DNA of 64,000 nt from Chrysomallon squamiferum (Eukaryota; Animalia; Mollusca). The stretch lies in assembly GCA_012295275.1 (NCBI GenBank), contig CM022667.1:15624001-15688000 (forward strand). Direction: 5' to 3'. The translations under genes and the position numbers were made by a program. Below are positions 13,155 through 25,741 of the stretch, one piece after another. The stretch's first letter is position 1. Every line of letters begins with the position of its first letter. The notes below the pieces were generated by a model that was given only the letters and a program-made list of their open reading frames with translations, made no database searches and was not told the origin of the DNA.

Positions 13155-14223
13155 CAAGAGAGAATAAGGGAGAATGAGGAAAGGAAAGAAAGAAGAGAGA
13201 AAGACAGAAAAAAAACCCACCACACACACACTCAGAATCAGTTAGCCATTTTGCAGTAACATTTAATACGACACCAATCTTTTCTAAACGACTAAGCTCT
13301 CTTCCGAAACTGATGCACTTATTTGAAAAATAAAAGCTACATCCACTAATTAGAAGAGACTTTTCTATCTGAGGAGTTATCTGGACTGGACTGACAACCA
13401 CTAGAGACGCGAGACTCTGTGACAGGGTCTCCTGCTTCTGTCTGTGTAGAACTCGACAATCGACAAATCCAAAACGACTTGTCAATTAGGTGCATTAAGC
13501 ATGGGCCACTTGTCCCAGCACTGAGCCACCTGCATTTGAAAAAGATGCATCCAGCGATGACAGCTAAGAACAGCATCACAGAACCTGACTCAGATACAGA
13601 TACAGATATTGAGAAAGAGAAAAGAAGAAAGAGAGAGAGAGAGAGAAAAAAATCTAAATCAATCAAATAATAATTTGTCATGAAGGGTCTGGCCAGTTTT
13701 ACTGTCTTTGATCAATCAATTGGTGAATCAATTCTCAGGTCTGCGGTGCTGTGTTGCTCGTGCTGCAGATACACACAGTTTGTGACCTGAATTAAGTGAT
13801 CATTTTAACAACAATGTTGCTCGGGAATCTAGAAAATGAATATCAGCAAACTGAATTAACCTCCAGTAGTGTTGGAAATAAAATTAAGCCGAGTCTATTC
13901 GTTGACTTTGAGAGGAATACTAATGCCGCTTGTGAGAGTTTTCCAAGTCGTAGACGGTTTTATTGCTGTTACTGTTGTCTGAACAAATCCTGCAGCTTCC
14001 AGAAGGCTAATTTGAGAATGTCCACTCCAGCGACAAGGTTGTTAAAGTTGACTTAAGGCCGTGATGAAATATTTCAGTGTTTCATGTGCATTTGGAAGGA
14101 TTTATTAATCACACACACACACACACACACACAAATACAAACACATTTAAGTTTTTCAAGGTGCTTATTGAAGCCTTTAATGATGACATGTGCAAATGTG
14201 TGTGTGTGTGTGTGTATTTAAAA

Positions 14224-14312
14224 TGTTCAGTGTGCTGTTTATTGCAAGGCATTATGATATTATATCTGTATGTTTTAATCTGCACTATGTTTGTGTAGTG
14301 CATATGAATGTG

Positions 14313-14343
<31 letters not shown>

Positions 14344-14548
14344 ATCATGATGATATAAACAAAATTCTAGGTAAAAGGATGTTACCGTAGACGTCTCCTT
14401 CTGTAACACACGCTGATGGCGATGATGGTGATTATGAAAATAGCAGCTGCAGTTGATCCAAGGACGATGGTGAGGAATTTCTCATCTGGCGGATTAGAAT
14501 CTGAAGATTTAATATCATAAAGCCATGCAATAAACAGCACACTGAACA
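14224..14548. repeat. 44-nt inverted repeat (arms 14224-14267 and 14505-14548) flanking the TM exon
   Basis: tgttcagtgtgctgtttattgcaaggcattatgatattatatct matches the reverse complement of the second arm at 41/44 positions. Confidence 0.92.
14386..14500 (-). CDS. EMI-like receptor, coding exon 4 (transmembrane)
   Basis: cttcag acceptor and gtaaca donor, 115 nt, phase 1 to 2. Reads (D)SNPPDEKFLTIVLGSTAAAIFIITIIAISVCYRRRRL, a hydrophobic helix followed by a poly-Arg stop-transfer. Confidence 0.88.
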
Positions 14549-14943
14549 GTACAGGCATAAAAACTAAATATATCATCTAGCACTGTTTAATTCAAAAATA
14601 AAAATAGCACATAAAACACAAACCTGAAATTTATTTACTTACTTATTTTTTTTATAAATATATGACCAGTTTTATAATAAAGCACATGAAAACAAAATAT
14701 TAAAGATATATAAATAAATAAATAAATAAAACAAAAACAACAACAGTCAACAAAATACCACCAAAAAACCCCAATAAAAACAAGAAGGGCCATTTTTATA
14801 TCTAAACAGTTTCACAAAAACCACCTACCATATACAGTGCTTAGTTTAAAATTACACATTAAATATAAAGTCTAGAAAGTGTATTTATATATCTATCAGA
14901 TCTATTTCTCTATATCTAGCTCTCGCCCTCTCTATTTGTCTGA

Positions 14944-14974
<31 letters not shown>

Positions 14975-16986
14975 TATTATTTATATATATGTAAAGGCTG
15001 GACTCAAAGTTATGAGTCATACAAAATAAAAGGAGAACACAAAACACTAAAAACAAGACATTTCATAAACAGAACTACACATGACAATGTTACAGAATAA
15101 AACACAAAATACAATAAAAATGTTCGAATAAGAAACTGTAAATAACACATTTAAAAGCTCAGGGCACAAGAATTGACACTGTACAGAAAAGTAAGATTTC
15201 ACTTGAAGTATCAAAAAGTTTTAGAAACATCAAACAGAAAGATCAAAGTTTAAACAGTGTCTAAATAAAAACTAAAAAAAACCCCCCCACAAAAAACACA
15301 AGATAAAAAAACATTTCACCCAAAAATATCTCACAATACAAAAAACAGTAATTTACAAACATCAAACAAATAATGAACACACAATATCTGTAGAAAAACA
15401 TCTTCCACAACAAATGCACTGACAGTGTTATCAACCATTCATTTACTAAAAAAATTAAACATGAAGATTAGCTGCTTGTTTCATAAGAAGCTGTAAAGCC
15501 TAAAAGTTCAGTAAAAATTTTCTTTTTAAATTTTGTTCTATAAAATTTGTTTTAATTAAATAATGGTAAATAACCCGTACAAAGCAAAAATTTAAAAAAA
15601 AAAGAAAAAAAGTTCAAAATAAATTTAATTTTTTGTTAGTTTACTTTTAAAAAGTACATTTCAAAATGTGATTTATTGTCATATATAATTAATTTTGTTA
15701 GAATCCATAAAGGAATGACTGCATTTTTTTTTACAAGATCCTATAAACAATTTTTGTTCCACCATAACTGATGTTTGTAACCTTTCTGCAGCTTTGTCAA
15801 GCATATGAACAATTCTCAAGTTATTTCAAATCTTTATGTTTCCTAGCTTTTCACTTACATGACTTTCTGTTGTCAAAAAATAATGAATAAAGTTTTACAG
15901 ATAACAAAATAAAAACCACCATCAAAATTAGATTCAGCAAAAATCTCATTTATAAAAATTGTCAAAGTCAAGCAGAAAAACCAATAATACACAATCGATA
16001 CCAATATCTGTTTTCCAGTGACTCCAGTTCTGACACAATCAAGTCTATGAGTGATGAGGAGATAACTCTAAAGCCATGCACTAGATCAGAGTAGTCTGTC
16101 ATGATCTGCCATTTTAATAAACTGATAAGGGAGCCAACAATGGATTGGGAATTGACAATTATTTTTTTTTTTTTTTTTTTTTTTTTTTTGGACAAAATTG
16201 AACTAGGGAAGGAAATTTATTCCAAACAAGAAACAAATCAGAAAGAATGAGAGATAACTACACGAAATATTGACTATCTGTGATTACGTCAATCATAATT
16301 ATCATGTAACAGAATTTTACACCACTCTTAAAGCACTGGGAATTAATTCAATAAAAGAAACAGGTTCAGGAATGTGGTAGCTCAGATTATTTCTGATAAA
16401 AAAACAAATGACTTTTTTTTTCTTCCCTCTCCTGTTTTCATGTGCCAAGAAGAATTTGTTTTAATTCCATTTCAAAAAGAACATATCTATAAAACGTTTT
16501 CAAGTCTGTGTCATCATAACTTAGAAAAACTTTATGTGCTATTCTTTTTAACCTATGCTAAAGTTTTATCACTCTCTCTCTCTGGAATTAGTACTTTAAA
16601 TCCTGCCTTATAAAATTAAAATCTTCCATAGTAAATAAGAACAATGATTTTAGATTAAATTCAAAAAATAAATCATGTCAATGAATGTTACTTTATATAG
16701 AAAATAATTAAAACCATAATTTTAAACTTTGTTTCCCTAATTTTTAAAAATATTTTTCTTTGAAGTTTCTTTTTCTCTTTTATTTTTTAAAAATTTGAAT
16801 AACAAAAATCTTAAATTTAATCATATTTCATCAATGAATTTTAATTTAACAAGTATGACATTAAAAGCTAAAGGACTATCAAGCAGAATTAAAAAAATAA
16901 AAATAAAAAAATTAAAAAATCAATGACTTTTTTGACTTTTTCTAAAACTGTAAAAACATAAAACTTTAAAAACATATTTCACTCAC

Positions 16987-17075
16987 CATTTTCACAATTC
17001 TTGTCGCCAGGACAACAAACTTTTTTCTGTCTGTAGGTGACAATTTCAGTAGGTGGAACAGTGATGTAATCTAAC
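16987..17075 (-). CDS. EMI-like receptor, coding exon 3 (CCPG motif)
   Basis: ttcacag acceptor and gtgagt donor, 89 nt, phase 2 to 1. Reads (K)LDYITVPPTEIVTYRQKKVCCPGDKNCEN; YR...CCPG...C is the usual EMI domain ending. Confidence 0.87.
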
Positions 17076-20000
17076 CTGTGAAAATATAAACATAAATCAA
17101 TAATGCTGTATAACAGAAAAATTGTACATTAACAAATTTTTGCCATTATTTTATACCATCATAACATTAAATGCAAAATTAAAATTAAAATTAAAAAAAT
17201 ATATATATATTTTGCATTATCTAGGAATGATAATAAAAAGGAATATTTGTACATTTTTTTTTTGTTTTAATGAAGCCAGTTATTATTATTACATTGTGGG
17301 TTAAAGATATTTTTGGAAAGTGGATGGTTTTTTTTTTTTTTTTTGATGGTTTTATTAACATTAGTAAAGCGTATTAAATATGTGTAAAGTTTTATTTTCA
17401 GTCTCCTTTAAATGAATGAATGTCTTGTTTTACAGATCTGTAAAATGAACTATTTAGATGGCACTTTCCTAGTTAACTAATGGCTCCTGACAAAATCACA
17501 AGACTAGTAGTTTTGCTGCAGCCCCACAGATGGCAGCACTGCTGGGTGATACAATGACTGGGAGTGTCCTGGATGGTGCCTGCATCCTGCAGCTTAGTGA
17601 GAAGTTTCTTTTAAGGCTGTGGGACAAATCTGCTGTGAGCAGTTAATGTTAAGAAGATTTTAGTGGATATCTGTCTATCACAAGGAATGGGTTAACGTAA
17701 ACAATTATTTTAATCATTTATTTATTTATTATGTAATAAAGCATTATAAACACAATATAATACAATATAATAAATTAACTTGTAACATGGTTATAACAAG
17801 TTTTAAGTTATGCTTGCAAAATGATCCATTTGCATTATTTTTTGAGTTTAATTTTAAAACATACAAGTTTTGTTATTAAAAGATATTTGTTTAAAATGTA
17901 GTCAAAATTTAATGTCAACATATAGGTTATATCTGCTGGACCATTTAAATAAATGGATTTTTTTATCTGCCCAAGTTTAAATCTTATTTATTTATTTATT
18001 TATTTATGAATTAAGATCCAATCTGATTAAGTCATCTTGTAATATTAAAATATTCTTGACATAAAAAGAAAAAAATTCAACAAACATTTTCTTCTTTTTT
18101 CATAAATGCTCATATAGGCAGAACATCCAAATTTATTGATCTTATTTCCCTCATCATTTATTTTTCACTATCAATGTGGTTTTTTTTTTTTTGGCTAACT
18201 ACAGCCATTAACCCTTTTGATCTCCAGACATCAGAATTAACATCAAACTTCACTTCCACACCTGCTGCAGCCAAATTAATCCATTTATCTGCTGCAGCCA
18301 AAGCCCATTATCTTGAACTCTTGTACAGCCAAACTGCATTAATAAGAAGATAGAGCAACAAGATAATTAGCCAAACTCCTCAGTTTAGCATGCGTACATC
18401 ATTTCCGACACCCCTCTGACCCAGCAAGGGAACTCTTTCCTAACACAGGGAACAATATTCTACCGAGCAAAGCTCACTTCAAGTCCCTGGTGTTATGAAT
18501 ATGTATGGAATCAAAGAAAGAAAGTTGATAAATATTGATTCATGTAACTCAAATGAACATTCCTCCTTATAAATATAAAAATTAACAAAGGCGAAATGGG
18601 TCCCGAGAGTAAAAAAGATAATTTGCTGTCGGACGCCATGGACTGTGTGCTGTCAGAAAATAAATTGCCATAACCAAAAGGCCAAATGCCCAAATGACAA
18701 GCTTGTGACAAAAACAATTATATTTGGATCTTGTTGTGTTTCACAGAGGTGCATGATGGGAATGCAGCCAGTGTTTTCTGAATTCTGGACCTACTCAGGG
18801 GAGAGTATAATTTACAGCGAAAAGCTTTATGATGTAGACTGGTAATATAATAACAGCTTCTCTTTGTGGTGTTTAAAAAAGGAATTCCAACCTCAAAGTT
18901 CTACACATCTAATTCATTAGTTAATACACACATTTCATTGGTATGGCTTTTGAACCAGCCAGTTTCTATATCCATAATTGAGTTTTGAAAAAAATCTAAA
19001 AAACCCACCTAATAGTAAGTAAACTAAGATGATGATACACAATATACCCTCTTTCTTCTTTTCATTTCTGATTGCACTTTTATTAATAACTGATATAATT
19101 TCATCCCTTAAGTTACACCCACCAACTAAAGGCATGCTCTGATCAGATTCTGGATCTGTCATATTAATAAAACAAATTTAATTTCATGTTGATCATTTTT
19201 ATTCTGGTTTGTATCTAATCCAGTGGTTAAAGCTCGTTTTTCATTTATTTACAGTAATCAGCTACGATGGCAGTTATACCCAGTTTTAAAACGTATATTT
19301 TACTGAATGAAGAACACCCATGTTTAACCTGCTGCATTGTGTTTACTTACATTTTACACCATTCACAACAACAGTTTCACCATTTTTCTGAAATCTTTTT
19401 TTTATCACAAAATTCCATAATGGCCCCATGACATTTTGAAAACTGATGATTTGCATATGTTAATACTTTGATTCTAACTTCTAGTTGTTTTGTGAAAACA
19501 GAACATCAAAATACTGGGATATACTGTAAAATATGTTTGTGTGAGTGTGCATGTATGTATTTGTGTGTGTACGTGTTTGTGTATAATAATCATACTGAAC
19601 AGAATGTAGAATGTTAATGAAGAGTTAATGTGATGTGGGGCTGTTTTAAAATGTGTCTGTATCCTGTGAAGTGTGAATGTTAAAATAGTTATCAGTTTAA
19701 CTTGTCACAATTTGAGAGAATCTCAAAACAGTTTAAATATCCAATTAACATATTTTTATTTCATTGTTACAATTGTTATTACTGTTATATTTCATCACAG
19801 ATAATTTATTTTACTCTTTTACTAAATTATTTATTTGTTAACTTTTTTATAATTTATTATCAACAACATTATTGTTAGCAAGGCAGGTTTTTTTTTTTTT
19901 TTTTTGAATTTTTTAATGAACACTACCAATTCCTGTTATAAAATGTGTTTTCCATTTACTTAATTAAAATTATATTCCTGTTTCTTATTATATTAAAGTT

Positions 20001-20816
20001 TCTGACTGCTGTGCCTTTTTAGTGCGTTTAATAAACAATATGCTTTGATCATAAACATTTATTTAATATAATGGTACAGATGCAACATCTGTCACATACA
20101 CATACATTAGATATATATCAAATATTAATTTTGAAATCTCAAGACATTAATAATGTTTATTCCATTGTGCCTTTATTTTGTATCAATTATATTTAATAAC
20201 TGAAAAGATTTTTTTGTAAACAAATAAAAGCTTTGGATTTCAGTTATTATTAATTCAGAAAGCATGGAGTCTTTTCTCAGTCTGGTGCTGACTTCATCAG
20301 TGTTTGGTGGAAAGATGAATGCTGAAGTGTGACAGTTAATTTCTGCAAAATGAGCGCATGTTCCCTTGCATGTGCGTAATCAAACACGTCCTAGGAATCA
20401 GCCAACAGAACAAAAATTGAACTGAGCCAAGTGATAAAAACTTAAAACAAAACAGCAGCCAGCAATATTTGGAAATCTGTGTTATGTAACTCTGACTGTT
20501 GTGCCTTAATGGTTCAAATAATCTATTAAGCAGAACAATGCTATATGTATTTTACTAATGAATAAATAAATATGTGACCTGTTGAAAAAAAATTGTCATT
20601 TTTGTTTGACAAATGGGAAAAATGCTATTTTTGTTTAAGATTTCTAAATTTTGCATTCATGGAAAAACTGGTGCCCCTTTATTACTAATGCTGAACTTTA
20701 TTACAGATTGTTTATTTTATTTATTTGCTAATTTATTTATTTACTCATTTTATTTTATTTTACCACATCAAAAGAAGTCATTGTTATTCAACTATTGCAA
20801 GTAAAAATGTAATTAC

Positions 20817-20930
20817 TTGTATTTTGTTCCACAGTCAACTTTTGTGAGCCACGACCAGGATTTGTCCCAGTGAGAACAGGCAGCTGGAACTCTACGTAGC
20901 ACCTGAAGTCTTTTAGCAGGATTTTCAACT
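20817..20930 (-). CDS. EMI-like receptor, coding exon 2
   Basis: attcag acceptor and gtaatt donor, 114 nt, phase 2 to 2. Reads (P)VENPAKRLQVLRRVPAACSHWDKSWSWLTKVDCGTKY. Confidence 0.82.
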
Positions 20931-21268
20931 CTGAATTCAAAACAAGGATATAATAATAATAATAATAATAATAATAGCTAGAAGAAGAAGATGATGATGA
21001 CAAGAAGAATATGAAAATAATGATAAAACAAAGGAATGATGTTGATAATAAATATTAAAATAAAAATAAAAACATTAATAATAATAAGAAAAAACAGCAA
21101 TAACGAGGAAGATGATAACGACAAATTAAAAAGTTTATTAATATTAAAAATAATCATAATTCAATCTTAAAATTTTAGTACATTTGAAGTTGTCTCTTAA
21201 TACAAAATATTAAAATATTTAATCTTGATTTCTGAGTGGAAACAAAATTTTAAATTTAACAGACAAAA

Positions 21269-21435
21269 CAGTGGTGTAACATGGGATGGGCCATAGGCGT
21301 GGTTGCCCCAGGTGCTAAATTCTTAGGACAACTACTGGACTAGCAGTAGGGGCCTAGGTATGGCTAAAGGATTAGTTGATGCAATACACTTGTCTTGCCC
21401 CCCCCCAGGTGCTGGCAACCAGCACTAAGCCTCTG
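21269..21435. mobile_element. Degraded non-autonomous DNA transposon (hAT/MITE-like)
   Basis: GC-rich insert in an AT-rich intron. The ends cagtggtgtaac and actaagcctctg resemble decayed CAGTGGCGTAGC-type terminal inverted repeats, with internal ttgccc..caggtgct repeated. No clear target-site duplication. Confidence 0.4.
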
Positions 21436-21467
21436 CAATCAATTAATCATTTCTAAGTTACACTTAC

Positions 21468-21601
21468 GGGACTGCCTGGGTGCAGAAGGAAAGAGCTGCA
21501 GCAGAAAAGAAACCAAACTCCTGGAAGAGAATCCACTGAAGAAGGATCCATGCTCCTATATGCCACTCCATGAACATTGCCTTGAATTTGGTGACAAGCA
21601 T
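21468..21601 (-). CDS. EMI-like-domain type I membrane protein, coding exon 1 (signal peptide); the exon itself begins at 21636
   Basis: tttgtag acceptor ending at 21637, in-frame TAG TAA before the ATG, gtaagt donor, phase 2. Reads MLVTKFKAMFMEWHIGAWILLQWILFQEFGFFSAAALSFCTQAV, a hydrophobic leader with a small-residue cleavage region. Confidence 0.8.
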
Positions 21602-22683
21602 CAATTACTACATCAACATCGCTTGACTAAACACACCTACAAATAAAAACACAAGACTAAATTAAATAATGGTAGCCTGGTAAATAGTAAGACAAAATTT
21701 TCTGAGAGTGAGCGAGAAACCAACTTGTAAGAAATAAAAAACGTTTAATGTAGGTTTATTTGATTGCACCTGCCACTGAACATATTCTTCTACTCTGAAT
21801 AGCTAGTCTACAAATCTTATCTAAGGATGTAAAGGTCTAAGTAAAACTATACTAGCACTTTCTCCATTAAGAAATTGTGCTTTTTAATTTTTTTTTTTTT
21901 TTTTAGAAATTATAAATTATAATAAATTGTAAAAGATAAAAAAAAAAAAAAAAAAAAAAAATTAAAATTCATTAAATTAATTAATTTATTATTATTATTA
22001 TTATTATTAAAGGAACTGTTTCTCTGGGTTCTGATATCTATTTGGGATTACAGTTTCGCGTTTATGAATTATGGACTAAATCGGGGGTCACCACCATTTT
22101 GAACACGAGGTACCGAGTCATACGAAGGGCTATCATTTTGTTACACCATTCTGAAATAACACATTTGTTCAGTTTATCTTTAGTTATTATTAATGATACC
22201 CATCTCTGTGATCACGGTAATGATTTCTCGCAGTGTTGTCCCATTTTAGGAACCGGCCTGCGGTCGACTCGTGTGGTTCTTGGGGGATACCTGTTTCCCG
22301 CGGTTACCGTGTTGGTGATCCCTTGACTAAATTTTTCGTATGTTTAAACTTGCTTTATTTATCAGCTTCTCTGGCAGAAATAACTTTTTAAAAATGTTCA
22401 GCTCTGTCATAAAAACAGAAAACAAAACAAAACAGAAGGACAGGCACCTAAATTTTCCCGCCAAGCCAACACCAGGCAAATTATATCTTGGACATGTGAC
22501 TTGTGTTTTAAGTGCGCGGGCTAGTTGATAATCTATCGTCAAAGATAATTATTACCTATGCATCGATCAACAACAACTGATCATATGCAATAATTATTCA
22601 TATCTCTGGCATTTACTTTGGTTATTTTAACAAATTCTACTTTTTTTTCCACGTGAAGTATGTGATTTTGAAAAACGACTTAC

Positions 22684-22810
22684 CGTAAAAATTTGCAGCA
22701 AGAAACGCTAATCAGCTAATGCAATTATCGTTCAAGAGACGACGTTTTCTATTGGTTGGTTCTCTATACGTAATCCATGCTTAGTCATCATATCAGTCTT
22801 TTTGGGGCGC
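22684..22810 (-). promoter_or_regulatory. Probable promoter and non-coding first exon of the EMI-like receptor gene
   Basis: Strong minus-strand donor CG|gtaagt at 22683 and CCAAT on the minus strand at 22751-22755. The site sits at the edge of the CpG-retaining domain. Confidence 0.45.
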
Positions 22811-25266
22811 CTTCTTATTACGTTATATATAAAAATAGATTTTAATGTCTTTTTTAATTTTTTTTGTTTTCATAATTTTTGTTTTTTTAAAATTATTATT
22901 ATTTATTAACATCGCTTAATACATCAAGAGCTCTTTCAACTACGCCACAATTCGTGCATCGTCGGAATAGACTACGTTTGATCTAATTCGTTATTTTTTT
23001 CTTTATCTTTATTTTTCTTTCTGGTTTCTTTTCTTCTTTCTTTATTTCTTTCTTTATTTATTTATTTGGTGTTTTTTTTCTTTTTTTTTTTATTATTTAT
23101 TTTTTATGTTTTGCTCGCGCACACACACACACACACGCAAGTATTCCATGATTATGTTTCCTAAGTTAAACTCGCTACATTTTGGCTACGTTTACTTCAG
23201 AGTTTTGCCACCAGCGAACGTACTTAATATGCCCGTATTGCATAACTCCTTTAAATGCTAAATCAGATACTGGGCTATCTTTCCGCTGGGCAGCTAAATT
23301 CAGTGGTTACAAATAAGTGTCAGTTATACGTTTATCAACTCTCTTAGTCTGGCCTTTGTTTATCGGATGGCGCCGAATCTGAAACGTGTAAAATGGCTTA
23401 GAAAGTCCGCATTACATAAACTTTGAATATACATTTAAGAACATGTTCATCTAAAGGCAGCAAACAAAAAAAAAACAAAAAAACAACAACAACAACAACA
23501 AAACAACAACAACAAAAAACAACAAACAAAGAAAAAAAAACAAAAAAACAAGCATAGTTGTATTTATTTTACTTCCATCTCTTGTTTCGCTCATTTTTAA
23601 CATTCACTTTAATCTCTCATCCGAGTAATCTAATAAAATTGGTCCCAGGATGCCAGTTTCGTAAACTTTCGACATTCGCAGACTTGCACGGAGATGAACG
23701 AAATTAACCGATCAATAACTTGCTAGATGTTAATCAAATAATTGAGTTTTCGTTCGGAAACAAAACAACAAATTATTCACATTATCGTGAAATTTATGAC
23801 AAGTAAGTATGGTTTTGTGGTGATGGAATTGAAAACGTCACTGAGGAAAGAAAACCTCCAAAGCATCAAATATTTGCATTTATTCCACCATACGATGGTG
23901 AATTAACACGCAAGAACATTATTGACAAATTATGGTCAAAGAAATGATATTTCGCAGCTATCCTCAAGGATTTGAAAATTAGCTTCATGCGAAATCTCGC
24001 GAGACGTTCCAAAACGGATAACGAGATGAAAAATTCGACGCGCACGCCATATTTGACGACTTGGTTATCTCCCCTGAAACCGCCATTTAGTCTTGAAATG
24101 TTGAAAGACGTTCGGACTTGTCCCTCGGGGCAGTCCCGGCATAAAACTGAAAGTTAATTTCAGTTTAGAACGAAGAATGCTGACCATTTGGGCATAAGAT
24201 CTGTCAGACCTTTTTAACGCGTTTTCGTTGAAAAATCGATTTTCTTGCATAGTTTGCGTGCTCGACTCCGACTTCGGCAGTTGAAATTGAATTTAAGAGA
24301 GGAACAGCTGCACTGATTGCTAAAAAGTGTAAGCGTGAGTTTACTTCAGACAAGGGTAATTATGTGCTAGGACAACAAGACAGTTATGTAGAATAACTTT
24401 CCTTCGAACTAGGTAGCGATATAATTATGTAGAGTGTTTGTATAATTTGTGTGTGTTTTTCAGAGAGAGACAGAGAGAACACTTCAGATGAATAGACTTT
24501 TGGATAATAATGAACACTAAAAGTAAATATATTTTAGTAACAAAAAGAACATGACAACGAACAACAAAAGGGAGGGTTAGCCATGTAAATCTAAATTAAT
24601 ATAAAATCCAGTACAGAAATAAAATGAAAATTCTAGCATTCTTAAAAGCTAACATCGTCTGACAGATGTGTAGCATCTTATCAACGAATATACGTCACAC
24701 AACGCGCGCTATATGAAGCCCGCTGTTCGGCGCCATGTTTTCACTTTGATATCCATCGCTCATTAGCAAAATAAACTTCAAACAGCCATGTTCTCTAAAC
24801 TCGTTTCGTCGCACAAGATTAGGAAAGCGATGTTCAGATGTCGTAGTTAATTCTCTGTATTGCTAACAACGAGGTTTCAGAACTATCCACTGGCTTCGCC
24901 TTTTCCTCGCAGACACGAATTTCGTTCTAAACTATTTATGATTTACCGATACACTAATCAGAAGTGAAATGTTTCAAACGTAAGAGAATTATGGCACTTT
25001 TGTGGTTGCCCGAAACGGTCGTAATAAAAAGCTAACCGATAAAATATTTAATAATTATAATAATAATAATAATAAAATGAAATAAATATTTAAATACAAA
25101 TAAGTTAAAATAAGTTAAAATGAGAGAGAGAGAGAGAGAGATTAACCTACAAAATAAGTAGTTTTGACATCTATGTTTGCTACATTTCCGTCGTTATTTA
25201 TTTGTCATCAATGTGTTGTTGTTTTTTTAAATTATCTACATCCTCAGTATGTGTAAAATACTGTGA

Positions 25267-25297
<31 letters not shown>

Positions 25298-25573
25298 GTT
25301 GTTTGTAAATAATGAAATTTTTTAGCCTTGAAAGCAAGTGAGAAGTAAATAAATAGTAGTATGCAAATCTATAATTTTATAATCACAGAAAAGACGGTTA
25401 GTCTGACCAGGAAACCATCTAAACTTAGATTGCAATGAAACGGTTACTTGACATTATCACATAAAGCTCTTAATATAATAAGGAGATAGAAGAAACTGTC
25501 CTCATTACAGTCTGTGAAAAATTAAGTGCTGTCGCTGACAACTGCATATATGTATATAGGTGTTTGTTGTTGT

Positions 25574-25631
25574 TGTTCAATGTATATCTGTGACTGCTGA
25601 TGCATATTGTTACATGGGCTAGAAAAACACA

Positions 25632-25696
<65 letters not shown>

Positions 25697-25741
25697 CGCT
25701 TGTAACAATATGCATCAGCAGTCATAGATATACAATGAACA
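25574..25741. repeat. 48-nt inverted repeat (25574-25621 and 25694-25741) enclosing a (GT)n tract
   Basis: The arms are reverse-complementary at 44/48 positions. Confidence 0.9.

Noticed and set aside
17515-17542. CTCF-like site gccccacagatggcagcac
   Set aside because: It is a partial match only, with the 5' half off consensus, and a single site cannot be supported from sequence alone.
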